Shown: positions 12,157-24,597, counted from the first letter of the stretch. The stretch: 64,000 bases of DNA from Lophium mytilinum (GCA_010093605.1 MU004181.1:1488001-1552000), one strand, 5' to 3'. Numbers and translations are program-made. The notes: generated from the sequence alone by a model not told the origin.

Positions 12157-12770
12157 TATGGGAAACTTTTTTGATAGAACATACTAGCCATGGATATTAG
12201 CATCGTAGAGACTCGACTATTACCAGCCTTGACGGCCTAATGAAGGGTAACAGGTGGTGGCTGAAGAGTCGCGAGGTCAGGGCGGCACAGCGCGTCAATT
12301 TAAGCTTGTTTTCACTTCTTCTCAACCCGTACGTGGGCTGTCTTTACCAATTGACCACCACAGCTGTCACCTCGCTAGGTATACCTACATGTCTAAGTAG
12401 AGTATCCGCGGCGCACCCCCATGCATAGGATCGCGTGTTCTACCTGGGCAACAGCTCCAACCTCACTCGAACGCTCTCGCCGACTAGCCACCACCTCTCT
12501 CCGAACACGCGTTCGCCTACGCGTCCCTCTCAGCCTTCTCGAACCTGCTAGCAAACGCTCTCGATACCCTAACCTAAGAGTCGTCACAACCACTCAATTC
12601 TCGCTCGTGGTAATAAGCTATGCTTAAATCGCTTTCGACGACTCGATACGTACCTTAGCAAGCCTGAGTCGTGCCCTGCTCAGCCAACGTTTTCTCAATG
12701 GTACAATACCACGCCGAGGCGTAAGGACGACTTGGGACATCAGAGGGAACACAATCTGAAATTCGGCAAT

Positions 12771-13601
12771 ATGAATATACCGGCAAACATAAGGATACTG
12801 GCGTCCAGGGGTCTAGCAATGACCGTGAAAGGCCGTCCGATGGACAGACACTTGCATCCGAACTGTTTCAACGCGTGCCAACCGATTTGTCGCACCTTCT
12901 TCACCTCGATCTCACATCACTTGCCCAACCTCAACAAAAGTGAATCGAGGGCCCCGAGGCCATGTCCGTCTTCGAAATGGCAACCAAAAAAGTCAAGAAA
13001 CGGGACATACGATACGTCTTCATCTTGTTTGCAGAAGCAGCGCATGCTACCGCCTGATGGCAGCACTCAGCACTGTCCCGACTGTGGAAGGCTCTTTAAT
13101 GACTGTCCAAAAAGGAGCAATGCGACGCCAGATGCTTTGTTTAGAGCGCTTTTCGACGCTGATAGGGATGCTTGGCTATGCCGTTCGTGCGCGAACTTGT
13201 TCCACAGGAGATGCGTCAAATACGTCCTCGCGAACCCTGCAGAGGCAAGCATTGAGTTTGTGCAACACTTACGCCGAAGGGAGAAACTGAAGCAAACACC
13301 AAAGCCACCGAGACCGACAATTTGTGAAGCTGAGAGCTGCAGCAACTCGCTGGAGGGTCGGGCTTACTTCCGTCCCCATGTTGGTCCCTCTGGTCTTTGG
13401 TTCTGCCGACGATGTTCCGAAAAGCCGGATCATCGTGCAGCAAAATACTGGTCTGCATGGAAGGGACTCAGTCTCAGATGTATTGACACTTGCCGGAACA
13501 CCCCGGAAAAAGTTGCGGTGTGGCGGAAAAATCATCGAGGGGATTTGCTATAAGTGATGAGCAGCTACGAAGCTGATGTGAATGCTTGTCTATTGGAGTA
13601 G
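12771..13601 (+). pseudogene. Orphan/decaying ORF with tandem C4 (GATA-like) zinc-finger motifs
   Basis: CPDC..WLCRSC, CEAESC..GPSGLWFCRRC, and CIDTC..WRK..GDLL* followed after the stop by an NACLL remnant. First ATG at 12771; ORF stop at 13553. Confidence 0.4.
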
Positions 13602-14321
13602 CTACGAAAGGAACGAGCCTATATCTAAGCTCAACACAAAGGGACTTGCTGTCTCGTATAGAACAAGATGAGACGAGAGAAACGAAGACAGATACTCCGA
13701 CAATTAGGCTTGCAAAACAGTCTCATCACGGTAGTGCGTTGCGGTCAATAGCGAGGCGTTGTTATATGGCTATAACATTCCGAACATAGTTGTTCTCATG
13801 ATCCACGGCACTTGGCGTAAATAGTTTTATTTCCTCTTTCTTTTCGATTGTCTCCGAATGTCATCACTGATTTCCAATGTCGTTCTATCTCTAAGATCGG
13901 TAGAAAAGGGTGTTGTACACGCTGGATTAACATCGAAGCAAGTATGAGCGAGTTCAGGAGAAAGCAACACACCAGAGTGTCACATCGTAAGTCTTCGCTT
14001 CTATCACCGCTACCAAAAGAAAATCCAAATGTTATTGTACTATCACAGAGCACAAGCCGTTTCTTTATAGCTTATCTACACCTCTCTATGCCCGCCTAGA
14101 CCGCGCGGTCACCAATTCGTGTTAGGTTTAGATCCGGGTTGTAGGAATGTCATAGCGGGATCAGCACTTTAATCTCTAATATTATCATAAAACGCAACTT
14201 TTTATATTTCCATGACAATGGATAAACATCTTTTATACGAAAGAAAAGCCCTGGCTATGCCAAGACCAAGCTATGCCTGGACATAGAGATAGGCTCCGCG
14301 CTTAGTAAAAGTCGTATTCCC

Positions 14322-15942
14322 TTAAACAGCAGTAATATATGCTTCGCTTCCAGCAACAGTTGCGGCAACCCCAAGAGTTGGTGTTGGCAGGCAAGTGCTC
14401 ACATGGAGGCCAACCGTCAAAGACACAAGGCCATCCGGACCTAGAGAGTCAGGAGGGCCAGCAGGTACGGTACCAACGTATGCATTGAAGTTGTATATCC
14501 CACAGGGGCAGACGTTGCTAATATCTCTCAATGATGTGTCACTTAGAACCGTTACGTTGTCCCGAGTCAGAGTAAATTTCTGGCTTCCGACCCCCATTGG
14601 AATTTGGTGCGCCGAAGCACCGGCGGGCGCGTCAAAGGTCTGCGAGTTCGAACCGGAGTTCACGATAACCTTTCCAGCCAACTTCAGGAGCGCAACGACG
14701 AATACGGCGTCCTGCAAGGTTTCGTAACCGTTGGGGCGTCCTTCGAAGTAGTTGCCGCTGTCGTTATTTGCCGGCGCTATCGTGGTGTCCGTGGCGTCGC
14801 AGTTCAGCGTCTTCGGGGTGGGCCTATACCAGTACACCAGTTTGTCTTCGGTAATATGCGCAGCCGGGGAAGAATCACCGGCACGGTATGCGGCGATGAA
14901 AGGCTTGGCCATGTCGAGCCAGCCGTTATGTGGCATGTCATTTACCCACTTAGAGGCCCCGTCATCGTTGTGTTTCGAGGAGAGAGGTCCGATGTAATGA
15001 GATTCGCCATAGTCATTCCAGGTAATGATCTCCAAAAACCTCGGGCCAAAAGCGAGAATGTCATTCCATCGACGGTACCAGAGAAGATCTCCCGGAAACA
15101 CCCAGTTCTTACTGTAGGAGACTTCTGGCCCGTAATGCGTGAAGAACCATGGCGAGACAGGCGCGATATATGGCTTGGAGCCGAGCCAGTTTATGTAGGT
15201 CGTATCCCCATCTTCGACGGTGACATTATGTCCGACAGTCGGAGCTTTGTTGTTGCCGTTGTTGTCCCAGGCCAGCCAATTAAACGCGCCGTCGATGTTG
15301 TCAGCAGACGAGCCCGCCGCAGGATTGAAGTTTGGTGCGAAGAAGATGTCGATCTAGCGTTGTTAACAAAATGGATGGAATGGCATGTACGAAAGTATAG
15401 TCACTTACACCAGCAGCGGAGCGCACTGCAGCAACGTCTAGTCCATCTCCAACGAACGAAGAAGCGAAAACCTTGTTGTCGACAATGAGCTGTGCCGGCT
15501 TGCTTCCATATTGTGCTATTTTCTGGCCAACGGCCGAGGCGTCCGACGAGCTGGAGTAATAGGCGAAATCAAAAGATATGAAGACCTTCATGCCGTTGTT
15601 GTTTGCCGAGTCATATGCATAGCCAAGTTGCGTGTCCGTGAAATCGTTAGTCCCAATGTTTAACGCAAATGCGTCAATGCCGTAGGCTTTAGCCCTCTGC
15701 ATATCTGCATCGTAATCGGCGGCGCTGGTTCGATCGCCGACAATGCCGACCTAATTGTGAACGTAAGAAGATAGACATCGGAATCAGTGCGAGGGTCTTA
15801 CAATGAAGTGGCAGAATACAAGTCGATCTGAAGCCGCTCGCTGAGATATTTGTTGGTCAATTGTAGGAGCAGCCTGGCTTATAATCACATAGCAAAGCCA
15901 TGTTATGAAAGAGAGGCGCAGCTGGGAAGAGAGCAGCCGCAT
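14322..15942 (-). CDS. Secreted alpha-1,3-glucanase (mutanase), glycoside hydrolase family 71; 3 exons
   Basis: Signal peptide, then RLVFCHFI|VGI...DMQRAKAYGIDAFALNIG, ISFDF, APVSPWFFTHYG, EIITWNDYGESHY and YNFNAYVG motifs; two GT-AG introns. Confidence 0.93.
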
Positions 15943-17433
15943 CGTTTGGGAAAGCGACAGAAAGAGAAATTGGTAGCTGTACTGAAGAGATGACTGGAAG
16001 AGAAAGATGGATGAAAGCCCCGGAACCAAAGTTTATGTAGAATATGGACCGCGCGGCAGAATTTACTTCATCTAAGGATACGTTCGTGAATACGCCAGTG
16101 TAACGGTGCTGCGATCCTTCCATGTAACGCATTACAGGGCTTAGATCGTCCTTCATTCAGATTGCGCGCTTCCTGTTTCGGCTAAGTGCTGCTTGAAACC
16201 CGAGACAGCGATACGTCGTAGTACCATGGTAGAGAAAATAGAATACATCATGCAGCCACAACATTTCAAACTAATGGAAACACGTAGCCAGTGGACGTCC
16301 ACGTTCTAAATTACAGGGGGGCGTACTTTGTATGTAGCTTGTTTCGTTTCGTTCCGGAACAGGATCAGCCCATGGAGATCAGCTCGGACTTTAGTTGGTC
16401 GTGCACAAAGACGAAAACTGCCACAAAGAGGCGTGAAAGGGGAGGAAAACGCCTCTTACGATACAAGAATAGATCGAAAGGAGAGGCTTCCAGAATAAAT
16501 AGATGCCCTTGTGGGACGACCACTAGTAGGCTGGAGATAAGATGACGTATGGGTTCAAGCGTACTTACATTGATGGCCTCTAGATTCAAGGGGAGCTCCT
16601 CTCCATGTGAATTGTAGGCCTCATACTCTGAGGATACAGTAGTGCCCGGCAACATCCCAAGAAGCGATTTATTAGTCCTTTCTTCGTATTTAATCGACTT
16701 TAGGGCACTGGGTATCTGAGAATCCCCGACCCCGGCAAGCAAAAGATATGGAGAGAGAGAGCGGTTGTGGAAAATGGTTGCTTCTGCAAGGCTTTAGGCT
16801 GGCATGAATTTAGTATGGCCCTGCCTGATGTATCTTTATGTCGTTTTTGAGTGCGTAGAAGTTTGGATGATTTGAGGCGGTCAAAATGCTGACTGGGATC
16901 AGCTATTTCCCTTGCAGCGCTAGAGCGCATTAGGAATATTCATATAGTTATCTATTAGGTTCGCATTTAACGGCACGTGCATTTGAACGACCCATCTGTC
17001 CCTCCATCGGACTATTCAGAGATTTCGTTGTGTCTAAACGGCTGGGAACCTATCTCGGAGGATAGGCTAACGACGGAATCATCCTGCTGGAGGACCAGTT
17101 TGAATGTGAAGAACATTCGTAATTTAGTCTATTAGCGACGCAAGTCAACGGCATGTGAAAGTTGATCTTGAAATCTTGCTGTTAGTCCAGCAGCTGACGA
17201 CTGTACGCGTATAGTCACCCAATAACACGAAAGGTAGCTCTTGACCTCTCCACGCTCATGTAAAAGCTGCTGCCTATTCCTTGTCTAGTGTATATAAAAC
17301 ATAGTGAGCGCTCCATCTGCCACATTCAAGGCGCATTGAAACAATCATGTGGTCTTGGTATGAAAATTTCGACCTCACTCTTCCCGAAAACTATCCAGAG
17401 ACGTATCTCATTCTCTGATCTCTCATCGCATTC

Positions 17434-18688
17434 ATGTCCACGGCTACTCCACAACCCCGAACTCATCACATCGACAATATACGCACCTTCTTGACTATCC
17501 TTGGTATTTCTCACCATGCTGCAATAGCCTATGGCGGCACTGGCAACTGGACCGGCTATGTCTCCCAAAAGCACCGTCCATTCTCTTCCCCCGTCCTTGC
17601 CGCTTTCAATGCAATTAATCAAACTTTCTTCATGGGGACTTTCTTCCTGCTCAGCGGGCGCTTCTCTGCCCTCGCAGCACGAAAGCGCAGTCGGTCCGCA
17701 TTTCTTGGCGAGAAGTGGAAGCGGCTCGGAGTACGAACGATAGTGTATTCTTGATTGGGGCCGATGGTGGAATGGTTGATAGTGGTATCTTATCACCGAA
17801 TATGGCAGGGTATCTTTGTAATCATCAGAAACAATGCACCGGGGGTGATGAAGGGTGTGAGAGGACCGGTGTGGTACTGCGGCCTGTTGCTGATTTTCGA
17901 CGTGGCGTATGCTGCACTCAGGCCAGGGGACTTCGATCTGCCAGGCCAAGAAAGGAGAAAAGAAAAGGAAGAAAGCAAGGGTCCGATGGGGTTGGAAAGA
18001 GTCACACTTCCTGATCAACGCGATGTACTCCGTGTTCTCGGACTGATTTCAACTGCAAGCTTCTTCATACGGCTCTGGTACCCTTGCGGTCGGCACCTCC
18101 CATTTCTACAGCTCAATCTTGGCTATCTTCCTCAATATATCGCTGCCTATATTACTGGCATCGTGTTCGCTTCGTCGGATCTATCTGCTCTCATCACTGC
18201 CAAGACCCGCACCAGACTATTTCTGATAACCGTCACAACGACCATACTGGGATCAACATACTTTATTTTTTATCCACATTCTAATCCAACGACATCTCTG
18301 ACCGATGCGGCCGGAGGCTGGAATCCTCTTGCTGCGTGTTACGCGGTCTGGAATGAGAGTATGGGCCTGTTACTCTTCTCGGGTCCTGCTCTATGGTTCG
18401 AAAAGTATGCAAACAGCAGATGGGGCAATTTAGCAAGATTTTCGTATGCAGCATTTCTCGTTCATAAGCTGACCGTCTTGTTCTGGCAATACGTTTTAGA
18501 CTCATGGGTCTTGAGTGGCCTGGCAAACACTGCGGTCGTCGGGACGATAGGATGCGTATCGAGTTGGCTGAATGGGTAAGTCAGACGCTAAACACAGAAT
18601 TTTCTTGACTATGCTGACATGGTTGCTGCATGGTAGTTGGGCTTTGACAAAGATTCTAAAAAGGAAGGAATTGGCAGGATTCGTGTGA
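17434..18688 (+). pseudogene. Acyltransferase family 3 (OpgC/MdoC-like) membrane protein with one in-frame TGA (17752-17754)
   Basis: HIDNIRTFLT..HH..AYGG.G.W, FFMGTFFLLSG, KRLG, GPVWY, LGYLPQY and SYAAFLVH motifs. ORFs 17434-17754 and 17755-18579 are contiguous in the same frame. A terminal intron near 18576-18636 leads to TGA at 18688. Confidence 0.78.
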
Positions 18689-18819
18689 GTCTCGCCCCAG
18701 GAACGCATTCATGGGTTAGTAACGAGCAATCTTACGCTGAGAGATCCTGGATAAATATCACAAAGCGGCACCCAGGGAATTGCAATATCGGACAATACAA
18801 TGTAAAGCAAGAGTCTGTA

Positions 18820-21081
18820 TTAGTTCTCGCTGCTCATGTCTTCGTTGGAGTCGCTTGATGAGTTGTCGTCGGAGTCATCTTCCTCCATAGCATTGGTAGC
18901 CGAGTCGACATCCATCGGGACCTCTTCAGTACCGTCATCCATACCCTTTGGGAGAGGGACCCTGCGCGGAGGTCGTGGAGGTCGTGGAGCTAGTGTAGCT
19001 CTATCGCGTAAAGGAGTCGCTCGCGTGTCGTCATCCGACTTCTTGAATAGATTACCTTGTTGTTCCTTGTCTGAAGGCTCCAAGTTGCTCTCATGACTGT
19101 GCATCTCCACGTCTGGTCTACCATCCAAATCCACATCTTCTTCTACTTTATGTTCGGGGCGGGGATACGAGACGCCGGCAAAATCATCGCTATCCTCAGA
19201 TACGATATCATTGGATGATCCGTAACGAGGACGCTTGGACGGCCTCTTTTCGTACTCTATCGGATCATCTTCCATCAAATCGCTGGCTCCTTCCCACTCC
19301 GCGTGGTACTCGGTCCAGCTTCTCCAGTTCACGAGCTCGCTGAAATCTGTGCGCTGAACTAGAGCGATTGGCACTTCTGCTTCTTCTTCCTCCCCGGATT
19401 TGATGTCTGGTGCATTATGTAGGCTAAGCATGCCTCGAATACGCTGCTCTTCTAGCTCAGTTGCTTGCTGATCAACCCGCTCAGCTTCGTCTATCTGACT
19501 TTGTTCAACTCTTTGATGTTTACGTCGTCGCCGACGGGCCCTTATGGGAAGGACGTCAATATCATCAGGGACGGAATCATGGGACTCCGAGGAGCTTATG
19601 TCGGTTTCGTAGTCGCCCTGATCGCTTTGATCTTCCTCAGATTCTTGCGTGTCTTGCAAGTCTTCATGTGCATGAGTTTCGTCATTCTGGAGATTTTCGT
19701 GGGCTTCGTCGACAATTTCCTCTTTGTAGGCAGTGCGGGCACCAGATGGTACGCCCCTAGATGTGATCTCAAGAAGCTGACCTATGGGCTTTGTAATCGC
19801 CCATGGTGTAGCCAACTCTTTTTCGACGTCGTCATACTTCATGCGAGGCCTGCGAAATCTGGTAGACTTATTGAAGACGTAGATGCCACACCGACGCGGC
19901 ACATTGACCCAGTATTCTCTTGAATGAGGAGGCATCCCAAGTAAATCGATCGCAGTTTCAACATCTTTTCGCCTGACCTTTGGTGTGGGACGTGTGTTTC
20001 TATGATCCTGCGCTCTCAGTCTCGACGAGGACTCGAACATTGTGGCTTGGACAAGTCTTCGCGTGATGCTGACGGCCATACGATGGAAGTCATGGAATGC
20101 AGTATAGTACATGGAAGGTGACTCGTCAACGCCAGCAAGATCACGCCAATTATCCGTTTGCCGTTTACGCCTTGAATTCATGAAAACGTTTCTCTGAAGC
20201 GCTAGCCAGTTCTTTGGCTTCAGAAGACGAGCTGCTGGGATCGTAGAGAGAAGCGATGAGCCGGACGACTCGCGTCGAGCCTTGCTTTCCTCTTCAGCGT
20301 AATCGGGATTCGGCTGCCTGCCTTCATTCTTGATGAAATCATCTGTTTCACCTTCAGGTTGCTCAGAAACAGCGCTTTCGATTTTCGACGCCAAGTCTGA
20401 ATCGAGCAACCAATAGTCTCCATACTTTTTGCGTTCTTCCTTCGCCTCAAAGTTCTCCTGGTACCACGCTACTGCTTCTCCAGCAAGGTCTAAGACCTTG
20501 CGGCACTCTTCCCCAAGCTCGATAGCGGCTGGTATGTCTCGTAACGCAACGGCATGCTTAAGCGACGGGGCATTAAGCTGGCGCTGAATGGAGTTGTCGC
20601 GGAGTAACAAGAAATAATCGCAAACCTCCATCTCTGATTTGGATTTGATTGCCGTGGAGATTGCTCGGATGTTATCTTGTCCATATCTTGAGAGCGCGCG
20701 GAAGAAGGCATCCTTTTCCTCGCCAGACCACCATGATACGCCAATCTGTGAGCCCGGTAGATCTACATCTTGCTCTGGGCTACAAGGATTCGCCGCTTGC
20801 TTTACTTCTTCGTTGAACCAGATACGGTAATCGTCGTTGTATACTCCTTTCAGCGCCCGAGATCTCCTCGCCCGGTAAGCAACCCAAGGCGAAACTTTTT
20901 GGTGTCGCTGCTGTCGTCTGCTAGCGAGGTCGGGACGGGCAGCAGTTAAAGCCTGTGGAGGAGGCGGACTTCCCTCGTCGTCAGCTTCATCAGCGTCCTG
21001 GTAGGAGTGCTGCGAGCTGGCTGCACTTATAAGGGAGTTTGTTTGATCAGGATCATCGTTGCCAGACTCGTCAGAAGCCAT
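18820..21081 (-). CDS. RRN5: RNA polymerase I upstream activation factor subunit RRN5-like (SANT/Myb domain, acidic tail)
   Basis: 753-aa intronless ORF. SANT motif WSGEEKDAFFRALSRYGQDNIRAISTAIKSKSEMEVCDY followed by IPAAIEL and S(I)TRRLVQA...VRRKDVETA segments typical of fungal Rrn5. Confidence 0.72.
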   Translation of the reverse strand: MASDESGNDDPDQTNSLISAASSQHSYQDADEADDEGSPPPPQALTAARPDLASRRQQRHQKVSPWVAYRARRSRALKGVYNDDYRIWFNEEVKQAANPCSPEQDVDLPGSQIGVSWWSGEEKDAFFRALSRYGQDNIRAISTAIKSKSEMEVCDYFLLLRDNSIQRQLNAPSLKHAVALRDIPAAIELGEECRKVLDLAGEAVAWYQENFEAKEERKKYGDYWLLDSDLASKIESAVSEQPEGETDDFIKNEGRQPNPDYAEEESKARRESSGSSLLSTIPAARLLKPKNWLALQRNVFMNSRRKRQTDNWRDLAGVDESPSMYYTAFHDFHRMAVSITRRLVQATMFESSSRLRAQDHRNTRPTPKVRRKDVETAIDLLGMPPHSREYWVNVPRRCGIYVFNKSTRFRRPRMKYDDVEKELATPWAITKPIGQLLEITSRGVPSGARTAYKEEIVDEAHENLQNDETHAHEDLQDTQESEEDQSDQGDYETDISSSESHDSVPDDIDVLPIRARRRRRKHQRVEQSQIDEAERVDQQATELEEQRIRGMLSLHNAPDIKSGEEEEAEVPIALVQRTDFSELVNWRSWTEYHAEWEGASDLMEDDPIEYEKRPSKRPRYGSSNDIVSEDSDDFAGVSYPRPEHKVEEDVDLDGRPDVEMHSHESNLEPSDKEQQGNLFKKSDDDTRATPLRDRATLAPRPPRPPRRVPLPKGMDDGTEEVPMDVDSATNAMEEDDSDDNSSSDSNEDMSSEN

Positions 21082-21281
21082 CCCCAGGGTTTCAAGCTCA
21101 AGTCATGACCTTGGCCGCGGAGATGAATGAGCTGGAGAAGCGTGGTCGAGAGGAAAGGGGTCTTGGAAGTTTCCACCCGTGGACCTGCATGCCTGCATGC
21201 CCGTGGAAGCGATTCTGATGCCAAGGCCGAAATCTGGAGCTCGGAGGTCTTTCCCGCTTTCCAACACCTCTCCACTTCTTC

Positions 21282-21305
21282 ACGCGTCCATGGGCTGTGA
21301 CGCGT
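21282..21305. promoter_or_regulatory. Two MCB-like (ACGCGT) elements in the ~230-bp RRN5/IRC3 bidirectional promoter
   Basis: ACGCGT at 21282-21287 and 21300-21305. Confidence 0.45.
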
Positions 21306-21312
21306 GTTATTC

Positions 21313-23393
21313 ATGTTCAGCTTTTCTCAGTATGCGCTGAAACTCTCGAAGAGGACAGGGTCTCAGCCCGTCCACCGCTTCTTCAGATGTAAATCCACAT
21401 CCGCCGTTGCGGGCGTCGCGACGGCGGGCGCAACGCCAGCTCTGCAAATTACACTCCGTACTTACCAAGAAGACTGCATTCAATCAGTCCTCTCAAGTCT
21501 TGAAAAAGGGCACAGAAGACTCGGCATTTCTCTAGCGACTGGTAGCGGCAAAACAGTATGTCAAGCCTTGCAAGAGATTTTGATCACGACTGATGCCAAA
21601 GTAGGTCATCTTCACTCAACTCATTAATCGTATTCCATCCGCCAACGATGCCGAACAAACCCTTATCCTCGCCCATCGCCGAGAGCTGGTGGAGCAGGCA
21701 GCGCGTCATTGCATCCTCGCATATCCGTCCAAGTCGATCGATGTCGAGATGGGCGCCAGCCATGCCTCTGGGGCTGCCGACATAACTGTGGCATCGATAC
21801 AGAGCATCAACTCTGGGGATCGGATCCTCAAGTTTGATCCCTCAAGATACAAGCTGATACTAGTGGACGAAGCCCACCATATCGTCAGCAGTCAATACCT
21901 GGACGTTTTGGAACATTTCGGACTGCGACATGCTGCGGACTGGACCCAAACGTCCGCCCCAGCGCTCGTTGGAGTCTCTGCTACATTTTCGAGATTTGAC
22001 GGGAAGAGTTTGGGTAGTGCAATCGATCATATTGTTTATCATAGGTGCGCAGATGCTGGTCATTTCTGGTGAAGTGTCGCTAATCCCGTACAGAGATTAT
22101 GTGGACATGATCGAGGAAAACTGGCTTTCAGACGTTTCTTTCACCACGGTAGAATCCAAAGCCGATATTTCGCGAATTTCATCTGGCGCCACCGGTGACT
22201 TTCAACCCGGTGCCCTCTCACAGGCTGTCAATACAGATGAGACTAATGAGATCACCGTTCGAGCCTGGCTGGCCCGGGCAAAAGCGAGGAAATCAACGCT
22301 GGTATTCTGTGTCGATCTAAGTCATGTTTCTAGCCTCACCTCTACTTTCAGAAAGTATGGCTTCGATGCTAGATTTGTGACTGGAGACACGCCAAAGAAA
22401 GTACGCAGTGAGAGGGTCGATGCGTTCAAGAATGGAGAGTTCCCTGTGTTGCTCAATTGCGGCGTCTTTACTGAAGGGACTGATATCCCCAACATCGACT
22501 GTGTCCTCCTTGCTCGGCCCACAAAATCTCGAAATCTGCTTGTACAGATGATTGGGCGAGGAATGCGCCTTCACAAGGGGAAACAGAACTGTCACATAAT
22601 CGATATGGTCGCATCGCTCAACGCCGGCATTGTTTCGACCCCGACGCTCTTTGGACTTGATCCAGCGGAAATTGTCGAGGATCTGGGGACTAAAGACATG
22701 ATGGAGCTTCGCGAGCGGAAAGAGAAGGAACAGCAACGAGAACAAGAGGCGCTCCAGTCGCAGACGTCAAATGTAGCGAAAAGGGTTCCAGGACGTGTCA
22801 CTTTCACGGACTACGATTCGGTGTACGACCTCATCCAAGATACTTCTGAAGAACGGTTCATTCGTGCCATTAGTCCGTATGCATGGGTTGGCGTCGGAGA
22901 CGGAAAATATATTCTAACAACGAGGACTGGTAGCTACATCAGTTTGGAACCCGATGGCTCTCGCTGCATTGTCAAGTTTACCCAGAAGCTACCAGAAGGG
23001 ATCCGCTCAAAGAGTCCCTTTGCAACACCGAGAATCATCGCACAAACAGATTCTTTCGAGCACGCTGTTCACTCTGCAGACACTTACGCAGCAAAGGTGT
23101 TTGAGTACATATTTATCTCCAAAAGTCAGGCTTGGAGACGGAAACCAGCTTCTCAAGCCCAAGTTGACTTCCTCAACAAGATGCGCTCCAAAGACAACCA
23201 CTTAACCACTAGTACGATCACAAAAGGCCAGGCTGGGGACATGATTACTAAGACGAAGCATGGGACTAAGGGTAGGTTCGAGAAAATGAGTGCACAAAAG
23301 CGGTTGGCCCAGCGCAGTCAAGAGAAGATGCAGTTATCGCAGATGCAGACGAGGGACCAGATCAAAGTCGGCCCACTTTCAAGAGACAGCTGA
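21313..23393 (+). CDS. IRC3: Mitochondrial DEAH-box helicase IRC3-like; 3 exons
   Basis: Basic presequence, [45 protein letters not shown] and QMIGRG; introns 21556-21604 and 22045-22093. Confidence 0.88.
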
Positions 23394-24597
23394 CCGTTGA
23401 CTTCATGGGCTTGGCCCTCGGCCATTGCGCTCAGCTGAAACCTGGAGCCTTGGGCGCTCCATGGCACCGCATTCTATCTTCAGTCGTCGCATGTGGCCTA
23501 TTCAATCACCACATAAATTAGCCGAACCTACCATGACACAATCTGTCTTTGAAGCGTTGTAAGGAAAATGCTTCCGTCCGTTTGATGGTACCATTACCTC
23601 ACATAACAATACTGTATCTCTACTCTGTAGCCGAAAATCGACTTTGCAACACTCTCTTCTTTTCATACACGACCCTCAACGTCACTTCTAACATTAGGTT
23701 GTGCACCTCTTTCGAAGAGAAGCTTTCTTGTACCACACCCGCTACACTATCAGACTAACTAGGCCATAAAACTAAGATGGTTTGGTTTTGCCGACGCCGT
23801 CTTGGGATAGGTAAAGCCGCGCGAGCTGAGAACCTCAAAACGTCTCGTCGTCTCACCAATCATGTCCAGAGTATCACTTTCGACAATTCAGGCCCCCTAG
23901 TAAATTAATACGTTTCGAGAGATGCCAAATCTCGTTGCTTTATTCCTGTTGCATCTAGGCCACGAGGTCGCCCGGCGCCTGCCGAAATAATCTGGAGACC
24001 TGCCAGACGTCATACATGCACTAGAGGCCTGTGAATAGGCCACACTGAGACTATATGTGCTGTCTTGGAGTTTCATGTGCTTTGCAATTCGGCGTCGCGC
24101 TGCGACAGAGTGCTTATTTATTTTGCAAATTCTTTCTTACGGAGCTTGATTTTTGATCTCCCGCACGCTTCAGAGAAAAACTCAGTGTCTATGACACTAC
24201 AATACTGACCCGCCTACCAGTATATTGGACTTGCTCAATTTACCCGCTTCACTCATGATTGCTTGTCGTGGTCGAACGATCATGACATGTCTCGAGCAGA
24301 GTCAGTCTGGCGACAGGTTTCTTTCATGCCCAAATTTGAAACGCTTCTTGCCGGCCGCGTTCAGCCATGGACTTTGGAAAACTCCATCTCTTCGGCTCGA
24401 GTGCCCCATTCTAGACGTTGTTAAAACGTGGTTCAAAGAAGCACACGTTCTCCCGGAATTCTCAACGTCAGCACATCTACCCGTCATCTCCTCATCAACT
24501 TCATTCAACATGACTGTTTGCTCCTCGTCTTTATTTCACGTACTTCTTCTCTAGATTTCCCTCTATAAATAAAAGTGACTAGAGGTGACGGTTTGTT

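Noticed and set aside
14604..15488. Long antisense ORFs over the mutanase (likewise over the KH, ABC, MCM3, katG and methyltransferase genes)
   Set aside because: Shadow ORFs produced by codon bias of the genuine opposite-strand genes; no motifs.
17731..17782. Candidate intron that would remove the acyltransferase TGA
   Set aside because: 52 nt shifts the frame, the branch site is poor, and it would delete family-like coding sequence.
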